From the human T2T-CHM13v2.0 reference genome, Homo sapiens: 64,000 nucleotides of DNA. Position numbers and translations under genes: made by a program. The notes beneath the pieces are model-generated. The model searched no databases and was not told where the DNA came from. It was given only the letters and a program-made list of their open reading frames with translations. Below are positions 28,303-46,300 of this stretch, piece by piece. Position 1 is the stretch's first letter. Each line of letters begins with the position of its first letter. Where the stretch lies: assembly GCF_009914755.1 (NCBI RefSeq), contig NC_060937.1. The stretch is one strand, 5' to 3'.

Positions 28303-31300
28303 TATAATAAACTGTACATAAAGTATCAAAGTACTCAAACTACATATTATATACAGTATATAAAATGTCAAAGTACCCAAACTGTATATTATATACTGTA
28401 CATAATATATCAAAGTACCCGAATATATAGCATACTGTACATAAAATATCAAAGTACCCAAAGTGTGTTTTATACACTGCACATAAAATATGAAGGTACA
28501 TAAAATATATATTGTATTCTGTACATAAAATATCAAAGTACTCCAAATATATATTATATGCTGTACATAATATATTAAAGTCGCCCAAATATATATTATA
28601 TACTGTGCATAAAATATGAAGGTACATCAAATATATATTATATGCTGCACATAAAATATCAAAGTACCCAAAGTATGTGTTATATACTGTACATAAAATA
28701 TCAAAGTACCCAAAGTATATATTACATACTGTACATAAAATATAAAATACCCCAAATATATATTATATGCTGTACATAAAATATCAAAGTACACAAAATA
28801 TGTATTATATACTGTACATAAAATACCAAAGGACCCAAAATATATATTATATACTGTACATAAAATATCAAAATACCCAAAATATATATTATATACTGTA
28901 CATAAAATACCAAAGTACCCAAAGTATATATTATATACCGTACAAAAAATATCAAACTAGCCAAAATATGTATTATACACTGTACATAATATATGAAAGT
29001 ACCCAAACATTTATAATAAACTGTACATAAAATATCAATGTACTCAAACTATATATTATGTGCGGTACATAAGATATCAAAGTACCCATACTATATAGTA
29101 TATACTGTACTTAAAATATCAAAATACCCAAAATATATATTATATACGTTACATAAACTATCAAGTACACAAAGTATGTATTATATACTGTACATAAAAT
29201 AGCAAAGTTCCCAAAATATGTATTATATATATTATAAATATGTACATAAAATATGAAAGTATCCAACCATTTATAATAAACTCTACATAAAACACCAAAG
29301 TACCCAAACTGTGTATTATATACTGTCCATAAAATATCAAAGTACCCAAAATATATATTGTAAACTGTACATAAAATATCAAAGTAGCCAAAATACATAT
29401 TGTATACTGTACATAAAATATAAAAGTACCCCAAATATATATTATATACTGTACATAAAATATCAAAGTACCCATAATACATATTATATACTGTACATAA
29501 AATATCAAAGGACCCAAAATAAACATTATATACTGTACATAAAATATCCAAATACTCAAAATATATATTACATACTGTACATAAAATATCAAAGTACCCA
29601 AATTATGTATTATATACTGTACGTAAAATATCAGAGTACCCAAAATATGCATTATATACTGTACATAAAATATGAAAGTAACAAAACATTTATAATAAAC
29701 TGTACATAAAATATCAAAGTACTCAAACTATATATCATATACTGTACATAAAATATCAAAGTACCCAAAATATATATTGTATACTGTACATAAAATATGA
29801 AGGTACATCAAAGATATATTATATTCTGTACATAAAATATCAAACTACACCAAATATATATTATATGCTGTACATAATATATCAAAGTTGCCCATATATA
29901 CATTCTATACTGTACATAAAATATGAACGTACATCAAATATATAGTATATGCTGCACATAAAATATCAAAGTACCCAAAGTATGTATTATACACTGTACA
30001 TAAAATATCAAAGTACCAAAAGTATATATTACATACTGTAAATAAAATATGAAGGTACCTCAAATATATATTATATTCTATACATAAAATATCAAAGTAC
30101 ACCAAGTATATACTATATACTCTGCATAAAATATTAAATTACCCAAAATATGTATTGCATTGTGTACATAAAATATGAAAGTAACCAAACGTTTATAATA
30201 AACTGTACATAAAATATCAAAGTACTCAAACTGTATATTATATACTGTACATAAAGTATCAAAGTACCCAAACTGTGTAGTATATATTGTACATAAAATA
30301 CCAAGGTACCCAAAATATATATTGTAAACTGTAGATAAAATATCAAAGTACCCAAAATATATATTATATACTGTACATGAAATATGAAGGCACATCCAAT
30401 ATATATTATACTCTGTACATAAAATATCAAAGTACACCAAATGTATATTATATACTGTACATAAAATATGAAAGTACCCAATGTGTATATTATATACTGT
30501 ACATAAACTATGAAGGTTCATCAAATATATTTTATATTCTGCACATAATATATCAAAGTACAGCAAATATATATTATATACTGTACATAAAATATCAAAG
30601 TACCCAAAATATGTATTATATACTGTACATAAAATATGAAAGTAAGCAAACATTTATAATAAACTGTACATAAAGTATCAAAGTACTCAAACTACATATT
30701 ATATACAGTATATAAAATATCAAAGTACCCAAACTGTATATTATATACTGTACATAATATATCAAAGTACCCGAATATATAGCATACTCCACATAAAATA
30801 TCAAAGTACCCAAAGTTTGTATTATACACTGCACATAAAATATGGAGGTACATCAAAGATATATTATATTCTGTACATAAAATATCCAAGTACACCAAAT
30901 ATATATTATATGCTGTACATAATATATTAAAGTCGACCAAATATATATTATATACTGTACATAAAATATGAAGGTACATCAAATATATATTATATGCTGC
31001 ACATAAAATATCAAAGTACCCAAAGTATGTGTTATATACTGTACATAAAATATCAAAGTACCCAAAGTATATATTATATACTGTACATAAAATATAAAAT
31101 ACCCCAAATATATATTATATGCTCTACATAAAATATCAAAGTACACAAAATATGTATTATATACTGTACATAAAATACCAAAGGACCCAAAATATATATT
31201 ATATACTGTACATAAAATATCAAAATACCCAAAATATATATTATATACTGTACATAAAATACCAAAGTACCCAAAGTATATATTATATACCGTACAAAAA

Positions 31301-34300
31301 ATATCAAAGTAGCCAAAATATGTATTATACACTGTACATAATATATGAAAGTACCCAAACATTTATAATAAACTGTACATAAAATATCAATGTACTCAAA
31401 CTATATATTATGTGCGGTACATAAGATATCAAAGTACCCATACTATATAGTATATACTGTACTTAAAATATCAAAATACCCAAAATATATATTATATACG
31501 TTACATAAACTATCACATACACAAAGTATGTATTATATACTGTACATAAAATAGCAAAGTTCCCAAAATATGTATTATATACTGTACATAAAATATGAAA
31601 GTACCCAACCATTCATAATAAAGTCTACATAAAATACCAAAGTACCCAAACTGTGTATTATATACTGTCCATAAAATATCAAAGGACCCAAAATATATAT
31701 TGTAAACTCTACATAAAATATCAAAGTAGCCAAAATACATATTGTATACTGTACATAAAATATAAAAGTACCCGAAATATATATTATATACTGTACATAA
31801 AATATCAAAGTACCCATAATACATATTATATACTGTACATAAAATATCAAAGGACCCAAAATAAACATTATATACTGTACATAAAATATCCAAATACTCA
31901 AAATATATATTACATACTGTACATAAAATATCAAAGTACCCAAATTATGTATTATATACTGTACGTAAAATATCAGAGTACCCAAAATATGCATTATATA
32001 CTGTACATAAAATATGAAAGTAACAAAACATTTATAATAAACTGTACATAAAATATCAAAGTACTCAAACTATATATCATATACTGTACATAAAATATCA
32101 AAGTACCCAAACTGTGTATTATTACATACTTTATATAAAATATCAAAGTACCTGAAATATATATTTTATACTGTACATAAAATATCAAAGTACCCAAAAT
32201 ATATACTATATACTGTACATAAAATATGAAGGTACATCAAATATATATTATATCCTGTACATAAAATATCAAAGTACTCCTATTATATATTGTGTACTGT
32301 ACATAATATATTAAATCGCCCAAATATATATTGTATACTGTATATGAAATATGAAGGTACTTCAAATATATATTATATGCTGCACATAAAATATCAAAGT
32401 ACCCAAAGTATGCATTACATACTGTACATAAAATATCAAAGTACACAAATTATATATTATATTCTGTACATAAAATATGTAGGTTCGTCAAATATATTTT
32501 ATATTCTGTACATAATATATCAAAGTACATCAAATATATATTATATACGGTACATAAAATATCAAAGTACCCAAAATATGTACTATTTACTGTACATAAA
32601 ATATGAAAGTAACCAAACATTTATAATAAACTGTACATAAAATATCAAAGTACTCAATCTACATATTATATACAGTATATAAAATATCAAAGTACACAAA
32701 CTGTATATTATATACTGTACATAATATATCAAAGTACCCAGAATATATAGCATACTGTACATACAATATCAAAGTACCCAGAATGTATATTGTATACTGT
32801 ACATAAAATATGAAGGTACATCAAAGATATATTATATTCTGTACATAAAATATCAAAGTACACCAAATATATATTATATACTGTACATAATATATTAAAG
32901 TTGCCCATGTATACATTTTATACTGTACATAAAATATGAAGGTACATCAAATATATAGTATATGCTGCACATAAAATATCAAAGTACCCAAAGTATGTAT
33001 TATATACTGTACATAAAATATCAAAGTACCAAAAGTATATATTACCTACTGTAAATAAAATATGAAGATACCTCAAATATATATTATATTCTGTACATAA
33101 AATATCAAAGTACACCAAGTATATACTATATACTCTACATAAAATATTAAATTACCCAAAATATGTATTGTATTGTGTACATAAAATATGAAAGTATCCA
33201 AACATTTATAATAAACTGTACATAAAATATCAAAGTACTCAAACTGTATATTATATACTGTACATAAAGTATCAAAGTACCCAAACTGTGTAGTATATAC
33301 TGTACATAAAATATCAAGGTACCCAAAATATATATTGTAAACTGTAGATAAAATATCAAAATACCCAAAATATATATTATATACTGTACATAAAATATGA
33401 AGGCACATCCAATATATATTATATTCTGTACATAAAATATCAAAGTACACCAAATGTATATTATATACTGTACATAAAATATCAAAGTACCCAAAGTGTA
33501 TATTATATACTGTACATAAAATATGAAGGTTCATCAAATATATTTTATATTCTGCACATAATATATCAAAGTACAGCAAATATATATTATATACTGTACA
33601 TAAAATATCAAAGTACCCAGAATATGTATTATATACTGTACATAAAATATGAAAGTAAGCAAACATTTATAATAAACTGTACATAAAGTATCAAAGTACT
33701 CAAACTACATATTATATACAGTATATAAAATATCAAAGTACACAAACTGTATATTATATACTGTACATAATATATCAAAGTACCCGAATATATAGCATAC
33801 TCTACATAAAATATCAAAGTACCCAAAGTTTGTATTATACACTGCACATAAAATATGAAGGTACATCAAAGATATATTATATTCTGTACATAAAATATCA
33901 AAGTACACCAACTATATATTATATGCTGTACATAATATATTAAAGTCGACCAAATATATATTATATACTGTACATAAAATATGAAGGTACATCAAATATA
34001 TATTATATGCTGCACATAAAATATCAAAGTACCCAAAGTATGTGTTATATACTGTACATAAAATATCAAAGTACCCAAAGTATATATTATATACTGTACA
34101 TAAAATATAAAATACCCCAAATATATATTATATGCTGTACATAAAATATCAAAGTACACAAAATATGTATTATATACTGTACATAAAATACCAAAGGACC
34201 CAAAATATATATTATATACTGTACATAAAATATCAAAATACCCAAAATATATATTATATACTGTACATAAAATACCAAAGTACCCAAAGTATATATTATA

Positions 34301-37300
34301 TACCGTACAAAAAATATCAAAGTAGCCAAAATATGTATTATACACTGTACATAATATATGAAAGTACCCAAACATTTATAATAAACTGTACATAAAATAT
34401 CAATGTACTCAAACTATATATTATGTGCGCTACATAAGATATCAAAGTACCCATACTATATAGTATATACTGTACTTAAAATATCAAAATACCCAAAATA
34501 TATATTATATACGTTACATAAACTATCAAATACACAAAGTATGTATTATATACTGTACATAAAATAGCAAAGTTCCCAAAATATGTATTATATACTGTAC
34601 ATAAAATATGAAAGTACCCAACCATTTATAATAAAGTCTACATAAAATACCAAAGTACCCAAACTGTGTATTATATACTGTCCATAAAATATCAAAGGAC
34701 CCAAAATATATATTGTAAACTCTACATAAAATATTAAAGTAGCCAAAATACATATTGTATACTGTACATAAAATATAAAAGTACCCCAAATATATATTAT
34801 ATACTGTACATAAAATATCAAAGTACCCATAATACATATTATATACTGTACATAAAATATCAAAGGACCCAAAATAAACATTATATACTGTACATAAAAT
34901 ATCCAAATTCTCAAAATACATATTACATACTGTACATAAAATATCAAAGTACCCAAATTATGTATTATATACTGTACGTAAAATATCAGAGTACCCAAAA
35001 TATGCATTATATACTGTACATAAAAAATGAAAGTAACAAATCATTTATAATAAACTGTACATAAAATATCAAAGTACTCAAACTATATATCATATACTGT
35101 ACATAAAATATCAAAGTACCCAAACTGTGTATTATTATATACTGTATATAAAATATCAAAGTACCTGAAATATATATTGTATACTGTACATAAAATATCA
35201 AAGTACCCAAAATATATACTATATACTGTACATAAAATATGAAGGTACATCAAATATATATTATATCCTGTACATAAAATATCAAAGTACACCTATTATA
35301 TATTGTGTACTGTACATAATATATTAAATCGCCCAAATATATATCGTATACTGTATATAAAATATGAAGGTACTTCAAATATATATTGTATGCTGCACAT
35401 AAAATATCAAAGTACCCAAAGAATGCATTACATACTGTACATAAAATATCAAGGTACACAAATTATATATTATATACTGTACATAAAATATGTAGGTTCA
35501 TCAAATATATTTTATATTCTGTACATAATATATCAAAGTACATCAAATATATATTATATACTGTACATAAAATATCAAAGTACCCAAAATATGTATTATA
35601 TACTGTACATAAAACATGAAAGTAACCAAACATTTATAATAAACTGTACATAAAATATCAAAGTACTCAATCTACATATTATATACAGTATATAAAATAT
35701 CAAGGTACACAAACTGTATAATATATACTGTACATAATATATCAAAGTACCCAGAATATATAGCATACTGTACATAAAATATCAAAGTACCCAAAATATA
35801 TATTGTATACTGTACATAAAATATGAAGGTACATCAAAGATATATTATATTCTGTACATAAAATATCAAACTACACCAAATATGTATTGTATGCTGTACA
35901 TAATATATTAAAGTTGCCCATATATACATTATATACTGTACATAAAATATGAACGTACATCAAATATATAGTATATGCTGCACATAAAATATCAAAGTAC
36001 CCAAAGTATGTATTATACACTGTACATAAAATATCAAAGTACCAAAAGTATATATTACATACTGTAAATAAAATATGAAGGTACCTCAAATATATATTAT
36101 ATTCTGTACATAAAATATCAAAGTACACCAAGTATATACTATATACTCTGCATAAAATATTAAATTACCCAAAATATGTATTGTATTGTGTACATAAAAT
36201 ATGAAAGTATCCAAACATTTATAATAAACTGTACATAAAATATCAAAGTACTCAAACTGTATATTATATACTATACATAAAGTATCAAAGTACCCAAACT
36301 GTGTAGTATATACTGTACATAAAATATCAAGGTACCCAAAATATATATTGTAAACTGTAGATAAAATATCAAAGTACCCAAAATATATATTATATACTGT
36401 ACATAAAATATGAAGGCACATCCAATATATATTATATTCTGTACATAAAATATCAAAGTACACCAAATGTATATAATATACTGTACATAAAATATCAAAG
36501 TACCCAAATTGTATATTATATACTGTACATAAAATATGAAGGTTCATCAAATATATTTTATATTCTGCACATAATATATCAAAGTACAGCAAATATATAT
36601 TATATACTGTACATAAAATATCAAAGTACCCAAAATATGTATTTATATACTGTACATAAAATATGAAAGTAACCAAACATTTATAATACACTGTACATAA
36701 AGTATCAAAGTACTCAAACTACATATTATATACAGTATATAAAATATCAAAGTACCCAAACTGTATATTATATACTGTACATAATATATCAAAGTACCCG
36801 AATATATAGCATACTCTACATAAAATATCAAAGTACCCAAAGTTTGTATTATACACTGCACAGAAAATATGAAGGTACATCAAAGATATATTATATTCTG
36901 TACATAAAATATCCAAGTACACCAAATATATATTATATGCTGTACATAATATATTAAAGTCGACCAAATATATATTATATACTGTACATAAAATATGAAG
37001 GTACATCAAATATATATTATATGCTGCACATAAAATATCAAAGTACCCAAAGTATGTGTTATATACTGTACATAAAATATCAAAATACCCAAAGTATATA
37101 TTATATACTGTACATAAAATATAAAATACCCCAAATATATATTATATGCTCTACATAAAATATCAAAGTACACAAAATATGTATTATATACTGTACATAA
37201 AATACCAAAGGACCCAAAATATATATTATATACTGTACATAAAATATCAAAATACCCAAAATATATATTATATACTGTACATAAAATACCAAAGTACCCA

Positions 37301-40300
37301 AAGTATATATTATATACCGTACAAAAAATATCAAAGTAGCCAAAATATGTATTATACACTGTACATAATATATGAAAGTACCCAAACATTTATAATAAAC
37401 TGTACATAAAATATCAATGTACTCAAACTATATATTATGTGCGGTACATAAGATATCAAAGTACCCATACTATATAGTATATACTGTACTTAAAATATCA
37501 AAATACCCAAAATATATATTATATACGTTACATAAACTATCAAATACACAAAGTATGTATTATATACTGTACATAAAATAGCAAAGTTCCCAAAATATGT
37601 ATTATATACTGTACATAAAATATGAAAGTACCCAACCATTTATAATAAAGTCTACATAAAATACCAAAGTACCCAAACTGTGTATTATATACTGTCCATA
37701 AAATATCAAAGGACCCAAAATATATATTGTAAACTCTACATAAAATATCAAAGTAGCCAAAATACATATTGTATACTGTACATAAAATATAAAAGTACCC
37801 CAAATATATATTATATACTGTACATAAAATATCAAAGTACCCATAATACATATTATATACTGTACATAAAATATCAAAGGACCCAAAATAAACATTATAT
37901 ACTGTACATAAAATATCCAAATACTCAAAATATATATTACATACTGTACATAAAATATCAAAGTACCCAAATTATGTATTATGTACTGTACGTAAAATAT
38001 CAGAGTACCCAAATATGCATTATATACTGTACATAAAAAATGAAAGTAACAAAACATTTATAATAAACTGTACATAAAATATCAAAGTACTCAAACTATA
38101 TATCATATACTGTACATAAAATATCAAAGTACCCAAACTGTGTATTATTATATACTGTATATAAAATATCAAAGTACCTGAAATATATACTGTATACTGT
38201 ACATAAAATATCAAAGTACCCAAAATATATACTATATACTGTACATAAAATATGAAGGTACATCAAATATATATTATATCCTGTACATAAAATATCAAAG
38301 TACACCTATTATATATTGTGTACTGTACATAATATATTAAATCGCCCAAATATATATTGTATACTGTATATAAAATATGAAGGTACTTCAAATATATATT
38401 ATATGCTGCACATAAAATATCAAAGTACCCAAAGAATGCATTACATACTGTACATAAAATATCAAAATACACATGTTATCTATTATATAATGTACATAAA
38501 ATATGAAGGTTCATCAAATATATATTATATTCTGTACATAATATATCAAAGTACATCAAATATATATTATATACTGTACATAAAATATCAAAGTACCAAA
38601 AATATGTATTATATACTGTACATAAAACATGAAAGTAACCAAACATTTATAATAAACTGTACATAAAATATCAAAGTACTCAATCTACATATTATATACA
38701 GTATATAAAATATCAAAGTACACAAACTGTATATTATATACTGTACATAATATATCAAAGTACCCAGAATATATAGCATACTGTACATACAATATCAAAG
38801 TACCCAGAATGTATATTGTATTCTGTACATAAAATATGAATGTACATCAAAGATATATTATATTCTGTACATAAAATATCAAAGTACACCAAATATATAT
38901 TATATGCTGTACATAATATATTAAAGTTGCCCATGCATACATTTTATACTGTACATAAAATATGAAGGTACATCAAATATATAGTATATGCTGCACATAA
39001 AATATCAAAGTACCCAAAGTATGTATTATATACTGTACATAAAATATCAAAGTACCAAAAGTATATATTACCTACTGTAAATAAAATATGAAGATACCTC
39101 AAATATATATTATATTCTGTACATGAAATATCAAAGTACACCAAGTATATACTATATAGTCTACATAAAATATTAAATTACCCAAAATATGTATTGTATT
39201 GTGTACATAAAATATGAAAGTAACCAAACATTTATAATAAACTGTACATAAAATATCAAAGTACTCAAACTTTATATTATATACTGTACATAAAGTATCA
39301 AAGTACCCAAACTGTGTAGTATATACTGTACATAAAATATCAAGGTACCCAAAATGTATATTGTAAACTGTAGATAAAATATCAAAGTACCCAAAATATA
39401 TATTATATACTGTACATAAAATATGAAGGCTCATCCAATATATATTATATTCTGTACATAAAATATCAAAGTACACCAAATGTATATTATATACTGTACA
39501 TAAAATATAAAACTACCCCAAATATATCTTATATACTCTACATAAAATATCAAAGTACCCAAAATATATATTATATACTGTACATAAAATATCAAAGTAC
39601 CCATAGTATGTATTATATCCTGTACATAAAATATGAAGGTACATCAAATATATATTCTATTCTGCACATAAAATATCATATTGCACCAAATATATATTGT
39701 ATACTGTATATAAAATATGAAGGTACTTCAAATATATATTATATGCTGCACATAAAATATCAAAGTACCCAAAGTATGCATTATATACTGTACATAAAAT
39801 ATCAAAGTACCCAAAGTGTATATTATATACTGTACATAAAATATGAAGGTTCATCAAATATATTTTATATTCTGCACATAATATATCAAAGTACAGCAAA
39901 TATATATTATATACTGTACATAAAATATCAAAGTACCCAAAATATGTATTATATACTGTACATAAAATATGAAAGTAACCAAACATTTATAATAAACTGT
40001 ACATAAAATATCAAAGTACTCAAACTACATATTATATACAGTATATAAAATGTCAAAGTACCCAAACTGTATATTATATACTGTACATAATATATCAAAG
40101 TACCCGAATATATAGCATACTGTACATAAAATATCAAAGTACCCAAAATATATATTGTATACTGTACATAAAATATGAAGGTACATCAAAGATATATTAT
40201 ATTCTGTACATAAAATATCAAAGTACACCAAATATATATTATATGCTGTACAGAATATATTAAAGTCGACCAAATATATATTATATACTGTACATAAAAT

Positions 40301-43300
40301 ATGAAGGTACATCAAATATATATTATATGCTGCACATAAAATATCAAAGTACCCAAAGTATGTATTATATACTGTACATAAAATATCAAAGTACCCAAAG
40401 TATATATTATATACTGTACATAAAATATAAAATACCCCAAATATATATTATATCCTGTACATAAAATATCAAAGTACCCAAAATATATATTGTAAATTGT
40501 ACATAAAATATCAAAGTAGCCAAAATATATATTGTATACTGTACATAAAATATGAAGGTACATCAAATATATATTATATCCTGTACATAAAATATCAAAG
40601 TACCCAAAATATATATTGTAAATTGTACATAAAATATCAAAGTAGCCAAAATATATATTGTATACTGTACATAAAATATAAAAGTACCCCAAATATGTAT
40701 TATATACTGTACATAAAATATCAAAGTACCGATAATACATATTATATACTGTACATAAAATATCAAAGGACCCAAAATAAACATTATATACTGTACATAA
40801 AATATCCAAATACTCAAAATATATATTACATACTGTACATAAAATATCAAAGTACCCAAATTATGTATTATATACTGTACGTAAAATATCAGAGTACCCA
40901 AAATATGCATTATATACTGTACATAAAATATGAAAGTAACAAAACATTTATAATAAACTGTACATAAAATATCAAAGTACTCAAACTATATATCATATAC
41001 TGTACATAAAATATCAAAGTACCCAAACTGTATATTATTATATACTGTATATAAAATATCAAAGTACCTGAAATATATATTGTATACTGTACATAAAATA
41101 TCAAAGTACCCAAAATATATACTATATACTGTACATAAAATATGAAGGTACATAAATATATATTATATCCTGTACATAAAATATCAAAGTACACCTATTA
41201 TATATTGTGTACTCTACATAATATATTAAGTCGCCCAAATATATATTGTATACTGTATATAAAATATGAAGGTACTTCAAATATATATTATATGCTGCAC
41301 ATAAAATATCAAAGTACCCAAGGTATGCATTACATACTGTACATAAAATATCAAAGTACACATATTATATATTATATAATATACATAAAATATGAAGGTT
41401 CATCAAATATATATTATATTCTGTACATAATATATCAAAGTACATCAAATATATATTATATACTGTACATAAAATATCAAAGTACCAAAAATATGTATTA
41501 TATACTGTACATAAAATATGAAAGTAACCAAACATTTATAATATACTGTACATAAAATATCAAAGTACTCAGTCTACATATTACATACAGTATATAAAAT
41601 ATCAAAGTACACACACTGTATATTATATACTGTACATAATATATCAAAGTACCCAGAATATATAACATACTGTACATAAAATATCAAAGTACCCGAAATA
41701 TATATGGTATACTGTACATAAAATATGAAGGTACATCAAAGATATATTATATTCTGTACATAAAATATCAAACTACACCAAATATATATTATATGCTGTA
41801 CATAATATATTAAAGTTGCCCAAATACACATTCTATACTGTACATAAAATATGAACGTACATCAAATATATAGTATATGCTGCACATAAAATATCAAAGT
41901 ACCCAAAGTATGTATTATACACTGTACATAAAATATCAAAGTACCAAAAGTATATATTACATACTGTAAATAAAATATGAAGGTACCTCAAATATATATT
42001 ATATTCTGTACATAAAATATCAAAGTCCACCAAGTATATACTATATACTCTGCATAAAATATTAAATTACCCAAAATATGTATTGCATTGTGTACATAAA
42101 ATATGAAAGTAACCAAACATTTATAATAAACTGTACATAAAATATCAAAGTACTCAAACTGTATATTATATACTGTACATAAAGTATCAAAGTACCCAAA
42201 CTGTGTAGTATATACTGTACATAAAATATCAAGGTACCCAAAATATATATTGTAAACTGTAGATTAAATATCAAAGTACCCAAAATATATATTATATACT
42301 GTACATAAAATATGAAGGCACATCCAATATATACTATATTCTGTACATAAAATATCAAAGTACACCAAATGTATATTATATACTGTACATAAAATATCAA
42401 AGTACCCAAAGTGTATATTATATACTGTACATAAAATATGAAGGTTCATCAAATATATTTTATATTCTGCACATAATATATCAAAGTACAGCAAATATAT
42501 ATTATATACTGTACATAAAATATCAAAGTACCCAAAATATGTATTATATACTGTACATAAAATATGAAAGTAACCAAACATTTATAATAAACTTTACATA
42601 AAGTATCAAAGTACTCAAACTACATATTATATACAGTATATAAAATATCAAAGTACCCCAACTGTATATTATATACTGTACATAATATATCAAAGTACCC
42701 AAATATATAGCATACTGTACATAAAATATCAAAGTACCCAAAATATATATTATATACTGTACATAAAATATCAAAATACCCAAAATATATATTATATACT
42801 GTACATAAATTACCAAAGTACCCAAAGTATATATTATGTAACGTACAAAAAATATCAAAGTAGCCAAAATATGTATTATACACTGTACTTAATATATGAA
42901 AGTACCCAAACATTTATAATAAACTGTAAATAAAATATCAATGTACTCAAACTATATATTATGTGCGGTACATAAGATATCAAAGTACCCATGCTATATA
43001 GTATATACTGTACTTAAAATATCAAAATACCCAAAATATATATTATATACGTTACATAAACTATCAAATACACAAAGTATGTATTATATACTGTACATAA
43101 AATAGCAAAGTTCCCAAAATATGTATTATATACTGTACGTAAAATATGAAAGTACCCAACCATTTATAATAAACTCTACATAAAATACCAAAGTACCCAA
43201 ACTGTGTATTATATACTGTCCATAAAATATCAAAGGACCCAAAATATATATTGTAAACTCTACATAAAATATCAAAGTAGCCAAAATACATATTGTATAC

Positions 43301-46300
43301 TGTACATAAAATATAAAAGTACCCCAAATATATATTATATACTGTACATAAAATATCAAAGTACCCATAATACATATTATATACTGTACATAAAATATCA
43401 AAGGACCCAAAATAAACATTATATACTGTACATAAAATATCCAAATACTCAAAATATATATTACATACTGTACATAAAATATCAAAGTACCCAAATTATG
43501 TATTATATACTGTATATAAAATATCAGAGTACCCAAAATATGCATTATATACTGTACATAAAATATGAAGGTACATCAAATATATAGTATATGCTGCACA
43601 TAAAATATCAAAGTACCCAAAGTATGTATTATATACTGTACATAAAATATCAAAGTACCAAAAGTATATATTACCTACTGTAAATAAAATATGAAGATAC
43701 CTCAAATATATATTATATTCTGTACATAAAATATCAAAGTGCACCAAGTATATACTATATACTCTACATAAAATATTAAATTACCCAAAATATGTATTGT
43801 ATTGTGTACATAGAATATGAAAGTAACCAAACATTTATAATAAACTGTACATAAAATATCAAAGTACTCAAACTTTATATTATATACTGTACATAAAGTA
43901 TCAAAGTACCCAAACTGTGTAGTATATACTGTACATGAAATATCAAGGTACCCAAAATGTATATTGTAAACTGTAGATAAAATATCAAAGTACCCAAAAT
44001 ATATATTATATACTGTACATAAAATATGAAGGCACATCCAATATATATTATATTCTGTACATAAAATATCAAAGTACACCAAATGTATATTATATACTGT
44101 ACATAAAATATAAAACTACCCCAAATATATCTTATATACTCTACATAAAATATCAAAGTACCCAAAATATATATTATATACTGTACATAAAATATCAAAG
44201 TACCCATAGTATGTATTATATCCTGTACATAAAATATGAAGGTACGTCAAATATATATTCTATTCTGCACATAAAATATCATATTGCACCAAATATATAT
44301 TGTATACTGTATATAAAATATGAAGGTACTTCAAATATATATTATATGCTGCACATAAAATATCAAAGTACCCAAAGTATGCATTATATACTGTACATAA
44401 AATATCAAAGTACCCAAAGTGTATATTATATACTGTACATAAATTATGAAGGTTCATCAAATATATTTTATATTCTGCACATAATATATCAAAGTACAGC
44501 AAATATATATTATATATTGTACATAAAATAACAAAGTACCAAAAATATGTATTATATACTGTACATAAAATATGAAAGCAACCAAATATTTATAATAAAC
44601 TGTATATAAAATATCAAAGTACTCAAACTACATATTATATACAGTATATAAAATATCAAAGTACCCAAACTATATATTATATACTGTACATACTATATCA
44701 AAGTACCCAAATATATAGCATACTGTCCATAAAATATCAAAGTACCCAATATATATATTGTATACTGTACATAAAATATGAAGGTACATCAAAGATATAT
44801 TATATCCTGTACATAAAATATCAAAGTACACCAAATATATATTATATGCTGTACATAATATATTAAAGTCGACCAAATATATATTATATACTGTACATAA
44901 AATATGAAGGTACCTCAACTATATATTATATGCTGCACATAAATTATCAAAGTACCCAAAGTATGTATTATATACTGTACATAAAATATCAAAGTACCCA
45001 AAGTATATATTATATACTGTACATAAAATATAAAATACCCCAAATATATATTATATGCTGTACATAAAATATCAAAGTACACAAAATATGTATTATGTAC
45101 TGTACATACAATATAAAGGACCCAAAATATATACTATATACTGTACATAAAATATCAAAATACCCAAAATATATATTATATACTGTACATAAAATACCAA
45201 AGTACCCAAAGTATATATTATATACCGTACAAAAAATATCAAAGTAGCCAAAATATGTATTATACACTGTACATAATATATGAAAGTACCCAAACATTTA
45301 TAATAAACTGTACATAAAATATCAATGTACTCAAACTATGTATTATGTGCGGTACATAACATATCAAATTATCCATACTATATAGTATGTACTGCACTTA
45401 AAATATCAAAATACCCAAAATATATATTATATACGTTACATAAACTATCAAATACACAAAGTATGTATTATATACTGTACATAAAATAGCAAAGTTCCCA
45501 AAATATGTATTATATACTGTACATAAAATATGAAAGTACCCAACCATTTATAATAAACTCTACATAAAATACCAAAGTACCCAAACTGTGTATTATATAC
45601 TGTCCATAAAATATCAAAGTACCCAAAATATATATTGTAAACTCTACATAAAATATCAAAGTAGCCAAAATACATATTTTATACTGTACATAAAATATGA
45701 AAGTACCCCAAATATGTATTATATACTGTACATAAAATATCAAAGTACCCATAATACATATTATATACTGTATATAAAATATCAAAGGACCCAAAATAAA
45801 CATTATATACTGTACATAAAATATCCAAATACTCAAAATATATATTACGTACTGTACATAAAATATCAAAGTACCCAAATTATGTATTATATACTGTACG
45901 TAAAATATCAGAGTACCCAAAATATGCATTATATACTGTACATAAAATATGAAAGTAACAATACATTTATAATAAACTGTACAAAAAATATCAAAGTACT
46001 CAAACTATATATCATATACTGTACATAAAATATCAAAGTACCCAAACTGTGTATTATTATATACTGTATATAAAATATCAAATACCTGAAATATATATTG
46101 TATACTGTACATAAAATATCAAAGTACCCAAAATATATACTATATACTGTACATAAAATATGAAGGTACATCAAATATATATTATATCCTGTACATAAAA
46201 TATCAAAGTACACCTATTATATATTGTGTACTGTACATAATATATTAAATCGCCCAAATATATATTGTATACTGTATATAAAATATGAAGGTACTTCAAA

